Origin: an uncultured Gammaproteobacteria bacterium
GTDB taxonomy: Bacteria > Pseudomonadota > Gammaproteobacteria > Eutrophobiales > Eutrophobiaceae
Reading direction: 5' to 3'
DNA length: 64,000 nucleotides
Assembly (NCBI GenBank): GCA_938084745.1
Contig: CALKEZ010000017.1
Location: 111,458 to 175,457 of the forward strand
A program made the position numbers and the translations under genes. Each line of letters starts with the position of its first letter. Position 1 is the first letter of the stretch. The notes under the pieces were generated by a model, which ran no database searches, was not told the DNA's origin, and saw nothing but the letters and a program-made list of their open reading frames with translations. Below are positions 18,699 to 29,570 of this stretch, piece after piece.

Positions 18699-21600
18699 AT
18701 GAGCTCTGTTCAAATGGAGCAACTCCATAAACGTTTATCTAAAGTACGTTCAGCGGACAGGTTTCGTTTTGAGCGTGCCTTTGATCGTTTAAAAAAACGC
18801 AAAGGCAAGTCGGCAGAATGGGATGCTTTTGAACGAGACATTGAACTGTCGATTGAAAATAAAATGATCAGGAATGATTCCCGTCCACACTCGGAGTTTC
18901 CTGATAATTTACCAATAAATCAGCATTTTGATGAGATCAGAAATGTCATTAACAAGAACCCGGTCACCATTATTTGTGGTGAAACAGGTTCAGGCAAAAC
19001 CACGCAGCTACCCAAGATATGTCTCGATATGGGGCGCGGGATCGAAGGCATTATTGGTCATACCCAGCCCAGAAGACTGGCCGCGAGGACTGTAGCCAAA
19101 CGAATAGCGGAAGAACTGAAGACGGAACTAGGCAAAGAAGTCGGTTATAAAATCCGACATCAGGATGTCACGAACGAACAGTCCTACATCAAATTAATGA
19201 CCGATGGTATTTTGCTAGCTGAATTACAGCAGGATCGATATTTAAATCAATATGACACTTTAATCATCGATGAGGCGCATGAACGGAGTCTCAATATTGA
19301 TTTTATCCTGGGTTACCTGAAACAACTGACACCCAAACGACCTGACTTAAAGGTGATTATCACCTCTGCAACCATCGATGTTGCACGTTTTTCAACGCAT
19401 TTTGATAATGCGCCTGTCATTGAAGTGTCGGGGCGTACTTTTCCGGTTGATGTTCTATATCGGCCCATGCAGGAAGATGATGAAGAAGCGTTACTCGAAC
19501 GCGAAGACTACATCTTGCAGGCTATACGTGAATTAACGTCGTATGACATGGGTGACATCCTGATCTTTATGGAAGGTGAAGGCGAGATTCATGAAACGGA
19601 TAAATTTCTTCGTAAACAAAACTTGCCTGACACAGATGTCTTGCCATTGTATGCGCGTTTAAGTTCGTCCAGGCAAAATAAAATATTTGCCCCGCATAAA
19701 CGTCGCCATATTGTACTCGCAACCAATATTGCTGAAACCTCACTGACTATTCCCGGTATTCGTTATGTGATCGATACCGGTATGGCACGTATCAGTCGTT
19801 ATAGTTATCGCAGCAAAGTGCAACGCTTGCCGATTGAAAAGGTTTCTATGGCGGCTGCTAATCAACGCAAAGGGCGTTGTGGAAGAACCAGTGAAGGAAT
19901 CTGTATACGCTTATATAGCGAAGCAGACTTTTTATCCCGTGCGGAATACACCGAGCCTGAAATTCTGCGCACTAATCTCGCTTCTGTCATCTTACAAATG
20001 AAGGCATTAAAGATTGGTGACATAGAACAATATCCATTTATTAATCCACCGGATAAAAAATTCATCAATGACGGGATGCGTTTATTGCGTGAAATTGGCG
20101 CGCTCGATAAGGAGGAGAGGTTAACACCAACCGGTCGTAAGCTGGTGCGCTTCCCGCTCGATCCGAGGCATGCAAGGATATTGTTAGCCGCACATGATTT
20201 TAATTGTTTGCATGAAATATTAATCATCATTAGTGCGCTGAGTATTCAAGATCCGAGGGAACGCCCCATCGATAAGCAACAAAAAGCCGATCAATCGCAT
20301 GAACAATTTAAGCATGATGATTCGGATTTTTTATGGTTTCTTAATCTTTGGAATTTTTATCAAAAGCAAATAAAACAACTGTCGCAGAATAAGCTCAGGA
20401 AACTATGCCAAACAAACTTTTTGTCTTATATGAAGATGCGGGAGTGGATAGATATACATAGACAGTTGCGCCATGTTTGCACGGAAATGGGTTTGTTAAT
20501 GAATAATGAACCGGCGAGTTACCAGAATATTCATTGCGCAATTTTAACTGGCATGGCCAGTCATGTGGCATTTTTATCGGATAAACATGAATACACGGGC
20601 GCACGTGATATTAAATTAAATTTGTTCCCGGCATCAGGGCAATTCCATAAAAAACCAAAGTGGATTGTTGCCGCCGACTTGGTTGAGACGTCACGTTTAT
20701 TTGCTCGAAATGTCGCCCGGATAGACTCCGCATGGTTAATTAATGTCGCAAAACAACTGTTGAAATATGATTACTCTGATGCGAGTTGGGATAGTAAAAG
20801 CGCACGGGTTATCGCGCTTGAAAAAATCAGCTTGTATGGCATGACCCTGGTGGCAGGGAAAAGGACTAATTATGGCCGTGTTAATCCGAAAGAGGCACAG
20901 GCATTGTTTATCAGAAATGCGCTGATAGAAGGCGAACTTGAGTCAAGTGCTGCGTTCTTTAAACAAAACAATAAAACCATCGATGAGATCAGACATCTTG
21001 AGGTAAAGACACGTCGCCCTGATATTCTGGACGAAGAAGCAATATATGACTTTTATAGTAATGCATTACCTGTTCATGTTTATGATGGGCAGTCATTTGC
21101 AGCATGGGCAAAAACACTCAATGCAGATCAAAAGCAGGACTTACTTCTAGGTAAAGATGAAATAATGCATCGCCAGGCGGATGATGTTAATGAAACTGCT
21201 TTTCCTGAATCTGTTAAATATCAAGGTCTGTTATTACCACTTGAATATAAATTTTTACCGGGCAAGAGTGATGATGGGCTAAATGTCGATGTGCCGATTG
21301 AGGCACTCAACCAATTTAATCAAAATCAAATGGATTATCTGGTGCCGGGTTTAATCGAAGAGAAGATCACTCTGCTATTAAAGTCATTACCCAAGCACAT
21401 AAGAAAAACCCTGATACCTATTCCCGACACAGCTATTGAGTGTGCGAAGAATATTAAAAACCATTCAATACCTTTGAAGCAAAACCTGATTTCCTATTTA
21501 TATAAGATGCGGTCTGTCGATATAACAATAGACGATTTTTCTGAAGATGCTTTGCCTGAACATTTAAAAGTAAATTATCGTGTGATTAATACAGACAATA

Positions 21601-22568
21601 AACTGTTAGCCGAGGGTAATGACATAGTCGCGCTAAAGGCCAGGCTCGCGACACAAATTGAACATGCCTTTACTGAACTCTATCAGGATAGCAGTGGTAC
21701 TGAAGAAGTCACGCAATGGGACTTTGGCGATCTGGCTATGGAAGAAGAGGTCACGGTTGAAGCGAATACCATCATTACTTATCCCTCTTTACTGGAAGAG
21801 GATGGCAAAGTATATCGTTATGCATTCGATAACCTGCCGATGGCTGAATATCACTTACGTTATGGGCTAAGAAGGTTACTGAAAAACGAATTATCGAAAG
21901 AGATTAAATATCTTCGTAAAAACTTAAAAAATATAGAGCAACTGGCGTTGTTGTACACCCGCTTCGGCAGCAAACAAGAATTAATCGACTCCATCATCAA
22001 TCTGGTTCTAGATGAAACATTTTTATATGAGAAGAAGTTGATCCGCAAACGAGAGCAGTTTTTTGCCGTATTAGAACAGGGCCGATCCAGAATGATCCTT
22101 TCCGCAGACAAAATCTGTTTGTTATTGAAAAAAATACTGGAAATGAATCTGAACATCCAGTCTTTACTTTCCGAAAATAGCGCGATGAAATATAGTCATG
22201 CTATAGATGATATTGAAGAACAACTGGAATATATGATATTCCATGGGTTTATCGAGGATATTAAAACAGAATATTTAAGCCAATATCCACGTTATCTGAA
22301 TGCTATATTGAAACGTATCGATAAACTTGAGTATGCTGTTGAAAAAGATCGCCAAATAACTCAAATGATTCAGCCACATTGGAACCGGGTAAAGAAGTTG
22401 GTGGATCAGGCATATGAAACCAGTGGCGATACGGCTTCCTTTGATGAATACCGTTGGCTATTTGAAGAATTAAGAATATCGTTGTTTGCACAAGAGTTAA
22501 AAACGAGAATGCCAGTTTCTTTGAAAAGGCTCGATAAAGCATGGGAAAAATATCAAAAAGATATTTAA
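18699..22568 (+). CDS. hrpA: ATP-dependent RNA helicase HrpA (DEAH-box)
   Basis: A 1289 aa protein with GETGSGKTTQLPK (motif I), DEAH (LIIDEAHERS) and a C-terminal HA2/OB/DUF3418 region. Confidence 0.9.
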   Translation: MSSVQMEQLHKRLSKVRSADRFRFERAFDRLKKRKGKSAEWDAFERDIELSIENKMIRNDSRPHSEFPDNLPINQHFDEIRNVINKNPVTIICGETGSGKTTQLPKICLDMGRGIEGIIGHTQPRRLAARTVAKRIAEELKTELGKEVGYKIRHQDVTNEQSYIKLMTDGILLAELQQDRYLNQYDTLIIDEAHERSLNIDFILGYLKQLTPKRPDLKVIITSATIDVARFSTHFDNAPVIEVSGRTFPVDVLYRPMQEDDEEALLEREDYILQAIRELTSYDMGDILIFMEGEGEIHETDKFLRKQNLPDTDVLPLYARLSSSRQNKIFAPHKRRHIVLATNIAETSLTIPGIRYVIDTGMARISRYSYRSKVQRLPIEKVSMAAANQRKGRCGRTSEGICIRLYSEADFLSRAEYTEPEILRTNLASVILQMKALKIGDIEQYPFINPPDKKFINDGMRLLREIGALDKEERLTPTGRKLVRFPLDPRHARILLAAHDFNCLHEILIIISALSIQDPRERPIDKQQKADQSHEQFKHDDSDFLWFLNLWNFYQKQIKQLSQNKLRKLCQTNFLSYMKMREWIDIHRQLRHVCTEMGLLMNNEPASYQNIHCAILTGMASHVAFLSDKHEYTGARDIKLNLFPASGQFHKKPKWIVAADLVETSRLFARNVARIDSAWLINVAKQLLKYDYSDASWDSKSARVIALEKISLYGMTLVAGKRTNYGRVNPKEAQALFIRNALIEGELESSAAFFKQNNKTIDEIRHLEVKTRRPDILDEEAIYDFYSNALPVHVYDGQSFAAWAKTLNADQKQDLLLGKDEIMHRQADDVNETAFPESVKYQGLLLPLEYKFLPGKSDDGLNVDVPIEALNQFNQNQMDYLVPGLIEEKITLLLKSLPKHIRKTLIPIPDTAIECAKNIKNHSIPLKQNLISYLYKMRSVDITIDDFSEDALPEHLKVNYRVINTDNKLLAEGNDIVALKARLATQIEHAFTELYQDSSGTEEVTQWDFGDLAMEEEVTVEANTIITYPSLLEEDGKVYRYAFDNLPMAEYHLRYGLRRLLKNELSKEIKYLRKNLKNIEQLALLYTRFGSKQELIDSIINLVLDETFLYEKKLIRKREQFFAVLEQGRSRMILSADKICLLLKKILEMNLNIQSLLSENSAMKYSHAIDDIEEQLEYMIFHGFIEDIKTEYLSQYPRYLNAILKRIDKLEYAVEKDRQITQMIQPHWNRVKKLVDQAYETSGDTASFDEYRWLFEELRISLFAQELKTRMPVSLKRLDKAWEKYQKDI

Positions 22569-22590
22569 TAGAATAAAACCGGAATTATAA

Positions 22591-23760
22591 ATGGCCGAAC
22601 AATCAATTCAGTATTCAATATTCCTGATTTTTACCGGGGCTGCAATATTTGCAACCTTTGCCTTGTATGCCAGGCAGGCGATGATTGTAGCTTATATAGC
22701 ACTAGGTCTAATCCTCGGCCCCTGGGGAATGGGCTTCATCAGTGATGCAGAATTAATAAGTGATATATCTAATATCGGTATCATCTTTCTTCTTTACCTG
22801 CTCGGCCTGGATTTATTACCTCAACAGTTATGGGAAATGCTGCGTGAGGCCCTGGAAGTGACCTTGCTGAGCTGCGCGGCCTTTTGTCTGATCGGGTTCG
22901 GGATAGGGTTTATCTTTGGCTATGAAATGTTGCAAGCGCTCTTGATTGGTGCAGTTATGATGTTCTCAAGCACCATCATCGGTTTAAAACTATTACCAAC
23001 AACAACATTACACCATCGGCATACTGGCCAGATTATTATTAGTATTCTTTTGATTCAGGATCTAATCGCCATAGTGATTCTATTATTACTGCAAGGTTAT
23101 GGTAAGGGCGGGAACCTGATGGTCGATATAGCCAGCCAGCTTTTATACCTGCCTTTATTAATCGGGGCTGTTTATTTAATGGCACGTTTTATCCTGTTCA
23201 AGTTGATATTACGCTTTGACCAGATACATGAATATATATTCCTGTTGGCCATTGCCTGGTGTCTTGGTGTATCTGAACTGGCTTATTATGTTGGCTTGTC
23301 ACATGAAATAGGCGCTTTAATTGCCGGTGTGACAATGGCTTCCAGCCCAATTGCCTTATTTATAACGGAACGTTTAAAACCGTTACGTGATTTTTTCCTG
23401 ATTATCTTTTTCTTTTCATTAGGCGCTGGTTTTAATCTGGCAGTTATTGATGAAATCCTCGTGCCGGGCGTAATCCTCGCTACGCTGGCGCTGGTATTAA
23501 AACCGTTAATTTTTAGTTGGTTATTGCGGATGGAAGGGGAAAAGAAATACGTCTCATTTGAGACAGGTTTCAGGCTGGGTCAGATTAGCGAATTCTCTTT
23601 ACTAATTGCCGTGCTTGCGGTTAAGTCAGGTTTTATTGACGAGCGGACTTCGTATCTGATCCAGTTTGCGACATTAATAACGTTTGTTGTATCGTCGTAC
23701 ATTATCGTTATGAAATACCCAACGCCCATATCGGTAACGGATCGCTTACGTCGAGATTAA
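22591..23760 (+). CDS. Cation:proton antiporter (CPA2/Na+-H+ exchanger family) membrane protein
   Basis: A 389 aa polytopic membrane protein with a KefB/NapA-like transmembrane core and no KTN domain. Confidence 0.7.
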   Translation: MAEQSIQYSIFLIFTGAAIFATFALYARQAMIVAYIALGLILGPWGMGFISDAELISDISNIGIIFLLYLLGLDLLPQQLWEMLREALEVTLLSCAAFCLIGFGIGFIFGYEMLQALLIGAVMMFSSTIIGLKLLPTTTLHHRHTGQIIISILLIQDLIAIVILLLLQGYGKGGNLMVDIASQLLYLPLLIGAVYLMARFILFKLILRFDQIHEYIFLLAIAWCLGVSELAYYVGLSHEIGALIAGVTMASSPIALFITERLKPLRDFFLIIFFFSLGAGFNLAVIDEILVPGVILATLALVLKPLIFSWLLRMEGEKKYVSFETGFRLGQISEFSLLIAVLAVKSGFIDERTSYLIQFATLITFVVSSYIIVMKYPTPISVTDRLRRD

Positions 23761-23772
23761 ACAGGTTTTATA

Positions 23773-24261
23773 GTGGATACTAAAATTGTAAAAATTATCG
23801 TTATAATTGCTATTGCAATCGCTATTCTCGCCGGATCATTCGTTACCGCAGATTACTTTGCTCTATTCGGTACAAAAAAAAATCTGAAACTGGATTTTGT
23901 CGAGGCACGTTTTCGTACTCTGGACAAGGAGACTGGCGCACTGGTTTTTGATGTGGGCGTGCGCTGTTTTCAGCAAAACAATATGAACGCTTGTAGCAGA
24001 AGAGATAGCCATCAAGCCGGTGTTGTGTCGGCACATATCCCAGTACGTCGCCTGATCGAATCGACGCTTTTATTTAAAAAGTCAGAGGAAATCATCAAGT
24101 CTGCTGATCCTGAATTGCATGTTATGTTAATGCATCAGAATTATTACAACCCGACCAAGACAATACTGCTGGATGATATCTATTCACATAAACAAATCGA
24201 ATACACTGTAGAAATGCCACCCAGAAAATGGGAACAACCGGAAGAAGATGAAGATGAGTGA
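23773..24261 (+). CDS. Hypothetical membrane-anchored protein with an acidic C-terminal tail
   Basis: An N-terminal TM segment (IVKIIVIIAIAIAILAGSFV) and a C-terminal EQPEEDEDE; overlaps the next gene by 14 nt. Confidence 0.45.
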   Translation: MDTKIVKIIVIIAIAIAILAGSFVTADYFALFGTKKNLKLDFVEARFRTLDKETGALVFDVGVRCFQQNNMNACSRRDSHQAGVVSAHIPVRRLIESTLLFKKSEEIIKSADPELHVMLMHQNYYNPTKTILLDDIYSHKQIEYTVEMPPRKWEQPEEDEDE

Positions 24262-24877
24262 AGCACTCGATTATTTAATCAAGGTTAGAAAAGAGGCCAT
24301 TGAACCTTATTTCAAATTCCTCAAAGAAGGTGGCAAACACCTCGATAGCAAAACACGATCATTATTGTCGGTAATCACCAAGGTCGATGCTCAAACAGAA
24401 GCCGGCTTGAAACAATATCTCGTTCGTGCATTAAAAGACGGCAATAGTGCTGATGAAATCCTGGATGCATTACTGGTCTGTTTGCCAACACTGGGTTTAA
24501 GTAAAATTATCTGGGCGGTCGATATTATCATTAAAATGGATATTCCCGATTTTAACCCGGATTTAATAGGTAAAGATCAGCAGTGGCATAAACTAAAGGC
24601 GATAGATGAAATAGAAGAGGGTGTCTCACGACTTGTGTATGATGGTCGGGCATGTTTTATCAATAGAAGTGGCAATAATTATATCGTCTTCGACAGCCGC
24701 TGCCCGCATCAAGTGACCAACATTCCATCATTAGGGCTGGAAGGCACTGTATTAACCTGTCCCAAACATCAATGGAAATTCAATGTAGAGAACGGCGCTT
24801 GTATTGAAAAAGGTAATCGACCGCTTAATGAAATCAAGCATAAGATTGAGGATGGGTTTCTGTTCGTTTTTTCATGA
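24248..24877 (+). CDS. AhpD/carboxymuconolactone-decarboxylase-like domain fused to a Rieske [2Fe-2S] domain
   Basis: The C-terminus carries Rieske boxes CPH(Q) …16 aa… CPKH; the N-terminal roughly 100 aa are helical and AhpD/CMD-like. Confidence 0.5.
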   Translation: MKMSEALDYLIKVRKEAIEPYFKFLKEGGKHLDSKTRSLLSVITKVDAQTEAGLKQYLVRALKDGNSADEILDALLVCLPTLGLSKIIWAVDIIIKMDIPDFNPDLIGKDQQWHKLKAIDEIEEGVSRLVYDGRACFINRSGNNYIVFDSRCPHQVTNIPSLGLEGTVLTCPKHQWKFNVENGACIEKGNRPLNEIKHKIEDGFLFVFS

Positions 24878-24955
24878 GATCAATAAGATCAGGAACAGCA
24901 AACGCTTAGACGGTTTTATTTTTTTATAAATATTCACTAATGTTACTGATGCCGC

Positions 24956-25189
24956 TTATTGTAATTTATTGATTCCGATAAGCTTGTTGTTCTCATCGAA
25001 CTCGATTTCAAATAATCCAAAAATGCCGTCATGCGTCAGAAATTGCCGGATTGCATTGGCCGGGAATTTAATGGTTTTGTTATCTGTCGAACGCACAGCA
25101 ATACTCTGTGCTTTACCTTTGTAAAAGGCTAAATACTTCTCTGCGGATAGCGCAATATGAAAACGCATGAAGCTTGAAGTTTTTTTCAT
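24956..25189 (-). CDS. DUF2835-like small protein
   Basis: A 77 aa protein matching the remembered DUF2835 pattern (F-x-LSL-x-aE-YL-x-YYkG-x-A-x-sV…FP-A-x-iR-x-FLT-x-dG-x-G-x-F). Confidence 0.45.
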   Translation of the reverse strand: MKKTSSFMRFHIALSAEKYLAFYKGKAQSIAVRSTDNKTIKFPANAIRQFLTHDGIFGLFEIEFDENNKLIGINKLQ

Positions 25190-25201
25190 GCTATGTCTGT
25201 C

Positions 25202-27202
25202 CTACTCATCCTTGTCCAGTAAGGCCAGAGACCTGATTATTAATTCTTTTTCCAGCACCTTGTCACTGCCAGGGTTGAATCGATAACGATCATGTAGCCT
25301 GATTATATTGTAATATCGTTCTGCCTTGTTGGCGGGCAGGATTCGTTGTATCCACTTACTTAATGTCTCTCCGGGTTGTTTGCTGTCCACTTCTTTTTCC
25401 AGTTGTTTTAATAATGGATAGATAGGTGAGTCTATTCCATAACGCACAAGTTTTGTGATACCTGTGGGTTTGTTAGCCTGTTGATCAACGCGTTGTCTGG
25501 AATAAAAACGCCATGCCAGATAGGCACCCAAAGGTATCAATAACCATAGCAACCAATCAGAGGTATCTTCTTTTTTGTCGTCAATATCACCACTAGTGGT
25601 TTTATAACGCAACCATGAAAGCAAATCCATTAACGGTTCAAGCAGGGTCCTGTCTTCTGCTTCCATAGGCGCCCATACCGATGGCGTCGTGTCCATGTTA
25701 TGCCAGGCACCATCCAGGTAATATTTCAACCATGAATGAGCGTGTCGGGCACGCACAAGATACGTTTTTTGCCAGGGACTGTATTCCTGTACCGAATAGC
25801 CGATTGTGTAGCGTGTTGGAATACCAGCCTCACGTAATAACAAGGCAGTCGCAGTCGCAAAATATTCGCAGTGGCCTTTTTTATCTTTAAATAGAAATCG
25901 GGTCAGGTATTTGCCTTTGGTATAACGCTGGTTTTGGGTTATCGAATAGTAAAAATTATCATTAAAATATTGCCGCACGGTGTTGATAACTTGTTGTGGT
26001 GTTTTTGAATAAAGATTGAGTTGCGTTGCCACCTGCTTAAAATCATTCTGATAACCGCTTGGTATAGCCAAGTCGTTATCAGTTGGTGCCATATCTATAA
26101 AGTCGTCTGTGGCATAACCCAGGCGGTAGTTGATCCAGCCTTCTCGTGCTTCAATGCGAGTTGAGCCATAGATACTGGTTTCTACCTGAATTAAATCTTT
26201 CCCCGATAGAGTGTTGATGTTGTCCGGGACAGGGATAATAGCCGAACTGTCCTGAAGATAAATCGCAACATCCATGGTTGCTGTGTCACGTTTATTTTTG
26301 TTGAAACGCCATTCGTTTTTATTTGCTGTTTTGACGATGACATCAAACTCAACGTTAGGATTACGCCAGGAACCATACTCGTAAATACTATACGCTGACT
26401 CACGAAAGTATAACGGTGCCGAAAACGGTTTGTCTGTTTTAACCCGGAACACAATGCGGTCAGATAGTTTCAAACGACCGAGCGAGCCTATAGATGTCGA
26501 TGTGTAATCCGGGTTGGTGCTCCGCCACCCATATTGTTCAAACAAGCCCAGGAAGAATGCTTCAGAATTGTTTTGTAATTGTCGCAACCCGTTTTGCGTT
26601 ATGTAGGAAAAAATCATGGCCATAATGACGGCGGCCAGCCATATCAATTTCGAAAAATGCCTGGTTCTTTTCGTGAACAACATCCATGCAATAAGAATGG
26701 CGCATAAGGCAAAAAAATAATCACTGAACTTATTGCCGGAGCTTGCAGAGATCATGCAAATAAAAACATAAGGCAGGCCGATATTTGTCTGATAGAGTAC
26801 GTCTGGCCCTGCATTTTCACCAAGCCGACGAATGCTAATGAACAAGGCAGAAGTCTTTATCCCATTTTGTACGCCATAACATTGAGCAAGCATAAGTAGA
26901 AATAATACGAATGGCATCAGCTCGAGTATTTTAAAGATACCCTGAAATGAATAATTCATAAAAACATAAACAGTCAATATAAAGAAAATAACGCCACTTA
27001 GATCGGCAAGTTGATTGATGTCCTTGTCAGTGAAGTCAATACGCCACTTTATAAATAAGGGCAATTCAAGCACGATACCCATGGCAACCGCATACAAGAG
27101 ATATTCTGTTTGCCATCCCCATAACAATAAGCTGGCTAATATCAAGCCGGGGGGTGCCGGACTTAATTTATTGGTCGTAGTATTATTGCCTAGCTTTTCC
27201 AT
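25202..27202 (-). CDS. Transglutaminase-like membrane protein TgpA family (DUF3488 N-terminus plus transglutaminase core)
   Basis: Multi-TM N-terminus and the catalytic-Cys motif GHCEYFATATALLLR, at the end of the MoxR-DUF58 operon. Confidence 0.8.
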   Translation of the reverse strand: MEKLGNNTTTNKLSPAPPGLILASLLLWGWQTEYLLYAVAMGIVLELPLFIKWRIDFTDKDINQLADLSGVIFFILTVYVFMNYSFQGIFKILELMPFVLFLLMLAQCYGVQNGIKTSALFISIRRLGENAGPDVLYQTNIGLPYVFICMISASSGNKFSDYFFALCAILIAWMLFTKRTRHFSKLIWLAAVIMAMIFSYITQNGLRQLQNNSEAFFLGLFEQYGWRSTNPDYTSTSIGSLGRLKLSDRIVFRVKTDKPFSAPLYFRESAYSIYEYGSWRNPNVEFDVIVKTANKNEWRFNKNKRDTATMDVAIYLQDSSAIIPVPDNINTLSGKDLIQVETSIYGSTRIEAREGWINYRLGYATDDFIDMAPTDNDLAIPSGYQNDFKQVATQLNLYSKTPQQVINTVRQYFNDNFYYSITQNQRYTKGKYLTRFLFKDKKGHCEYFATATALLLREAGIPTRYTIGYSVQEYSPWQKTYLVRARHAHSWLKYYLDGAWHNMDTTPSVWAPMEAEDRTLLEPLMDLLSWLRYKTTSGDIDDKKEDTSDWLLWLLIPLGAYLAWRFYSRQRVDQQANKPTGITKLVRYGIDSPIYPLLKQLEKEVDSKQPGETLSKWIQRILPANKAERYYNIIRLHDRYRFNPGSDKVLEKELIIRSLALLDKDE

Positions 27203-28539
27203 AGCGTATCGAGGTCTTGTTGTAGGCTGTCATGTCCAATTAAATGGACGTCGTGTTTTCGTAAGACCTCGGTGTCCATTATCTCACTGGCCTCAGTAAC
27301 AACTAAAAACTTAACTGGAATATGTAACGTCGTGAGCGTCCTGATTAAGGCTAGCCGAGATTCATCCAAAGCCAATAGTATACAAATTAATACGCTACAT
27401 TCATGACTGACCTCTTTTATCATCACTTTAACTTGCGCTATGTTTGATTCATAAACGGGTTCAACACAAGCCAGAATCTCGAGTATATTTTCAGCACCGG
27501 CAAGTCCCCGGCCTGATGTAAAGCGATAGGTGTTATTGCCGACGAACATCAGGTCCAGCAGGGCATCTTGTTCTTTTTGTGCCGTCATAAATGAGGCGGC
27601 TATTGAAACGGCATCCTCGAATATCAGGTCTGTTTTATCCTGAAGGTAGGTGTCCAGCAGTAAACCATAACGGGTAAAGTATTCATCCTGATATTCTTTC
27701 ACGATAGGTTTATTCAGTTTTGCAAAACTACGCCAATGTATTGAACGGAGCGGATCGCCCGGATTGTAATCACGTAAGGATATAAATTCCTGTGAATCCC
27801 CGACAATCGAAGCATTGCTAACGCCACCATGATGATAGGTGCGTTTTCCGTGCAGATTTAATTTTGGTGTTTTGTACAGTTTTGGCAGTATTAACAGATT
27901 GTCTTTATTCTCAATTATCTTTTGCGATTGAAACAGACCTAGTGGTTCGGCTTGTGCTACCCGTGTTTTATCAAATTGCAGATAACCTCTACGTAACGGC
28001 GTTAGTTCTATAGTTGTTTCGTGTTCACTGTGTTCAGCAATATAGTCAATAGTCACCGGTTTAATTGAGCCGCCGCGTAATTCCTGAATGGCATTGACTA
28101 GACGGGGATAACCAATAATACGATCAATACGGTTACGTTTTTTATCCAGAGGATCTTTTGCTTTGGTGAATTCATTCAAACTGGGAAATCGTGTTTTTAA
28201 TTCATCAATCACTAAAAGACATCTTTTCGCAGTTTTATTTTTATTGTAAACAACACAAGAATAGGTGAGTGGTGTTCCAACGCTGCCATAGTCCGGTAAT
28301 TTTCTATTGATAGAAAACTTACTCCGAAAGAATAAGGAGAAACTCATGGCTGTGATGATCAATACTAATGTGATTGAAAAGATCTGAAACGAAAGCGTCG
28401 AGCGTGTATCAAAGCCAAATACACCTGCAATCGGTATGATTAACAGGATAAGTATGCCGGTTGCTGTAAATCGTTGTCGCAGCCATTGGCTAAAGCGATA
28501 AACCAGTTTGAAGTTGGCAAACAAGAGTCTACGCAGCAT
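27190..28539 (-). CDS. DUF58 domain protein (vWA-like), MoxR partner
   Basis: A 449 aa protein with N-terminal TM segments, overlapping tgpA by 13 nt and following moxR. Confidence 0.7.
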   Translation of the reverse strand: MLRRLLFANFKLVYRFSQWLRQRFTATGILILLIIPIAGVFGFDTRSTLSFQIFSITLVLIITAMSFSLFFRSKFSINRKLPDYGSVGTPLTYSCVVYNKNKTAKRCLLVIDELKTRFPSLNEFTKAKDPLDKKRNRIDRIIGYPRLVNAIQELRGGSIKPVTIDYIAEHSEHETTIELTPLRRGYLQFDKTRVAQAEPLGLFQSQKIIENKDNLLILPKLYKTPKLNLHGKRTYHHGGVSNASIVGDSQEFISLRDYNPGDPLRSIHWRSFAKLNKPIVKEYQDEYFTRYGLLLDTYLQDKTDLIFEDAVSIAASFMTAQKEQDALLDLMFVGNNTYRFTSGRGLAGAENILEILACVEPVYESNIAQVKVMIKEVSHECSVLICILLALDESRLALIRTLTTLHIPVKFLVVTEASEIMDTEVLRKHDVHLIGHDSLQQDLDTLWKS

Positions 28540-28572
28540 CAGTCTATCCTATCTCATGTCCTGCCATTACTC

Positions 28573-29505
28573 CTAAACCGGAACGGGTGTGGTCGACAAG
28601 ATGTTTTCAATGAACTGATCAGCACTATTGCCAGAGAAACGGCTCTGAGAATTCATCATTATTCGATGTGAAATAACCGGTATTGCGATTTCCTGTACAT
28701 GGTCAGGGCTCACGTAATCCATGTCGTCAAACAGGGCTAGTGCTTGTGCTGCTTTCATCAACGATAACGACGCACGTGGACTCGCACCATTCAGTATGCC
28801 GTCTGTCTCGCGCGTCGCCCTGATCAATGTGACCATGTAATGTTTAATCTCATCGCTGACATTGATCTCGGTCACTCGTTTTTTCAGACCAATAACTTCA
28901 TCTTTTGTAATACAGGATTCAAGTGATTCCAACGGATGGCGACTGTTTTGTTTCTCCAGTATGGCAACTTCCTCATCTTGTGAGACATAACCAAGGCTAA
29001 AGCGCATTGCAAAACGGTCCATCTGTGCTTCCGGTAAAGGGTAAGTGCCGTGATATTCCACCGGATTTTGGGTTGCAATAACGAAAAACAGGTCATCCAA
29101 TTGATAATTGTTTCGTTCAATACTGACCTGACGTTCACCCATCGCCTCCAGTAAGGCTGATTGTGTTCTAGGCGAAGCACGATTGATTTCATCAGCAAGC
29201 AGGATATTGCTGAATATTGGCCCGGGGTGAAACTCAAAGTCCTGATCACGCTGATTAAAAATAGATACACCCAAAATATCAGTTGGCAATAAATCAGGCG
29301 TAAACTGGATACGTTGAAACTCAACATCGATTGATTTTGCCAATGCTTTGGCCAATGTCGTTTTGCCTGTACCGGGAACGTCTTCCAGCAGAACATGCCC
29401 ATCACTGAAAAAAGCGGCCAGTAACTTCCGGATAGCGACAGATTGACCTTGTATTACTTTTTCAATATTGGCTGAGAGTTTTTGATATATTTGAATGTCT
29501 GACAT
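28573..29505 (-). CDS. MoxR-family AAA+ ATPase
   Basis: Walker A GTGKTTLAKALA and Walker B LLADEINRASP in a 310 aa protein. Confidence 0.9.
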   Translation of the reverse strand: MSDIQIYQKLSANIEKVIQGQSVAIRKLLAAFFSDGHVLLEDVPGTGKTTLAKALAKSIDVEFQRIQFTPDLLPTDILGVSIFNQRDQDFEFHPGPIFSNILLADEINRASPRTQSALLEAMGERQVSIERNNYQLDDLFFVIATQNPVEYHGTYPLPEAQMDRFAMRFSLGYVSQDEEVAILEKQNSRHPLESLESCITKDEVIGLKKRVTEINVSDEIKHYMVTLIRATRETDGILNGASPRASLSLMKAAQALALFDDMDYVSPDHVQEIAIPVISHRIMMNSQSRFSGNSADQFIENILSTTPVPV

Positions 29506-29570
29506 GATGTGTATTGTGTTGTTGTTTAATTATATCCTTCAAGACTATCAAAACGGGAGTTTGATGACAC

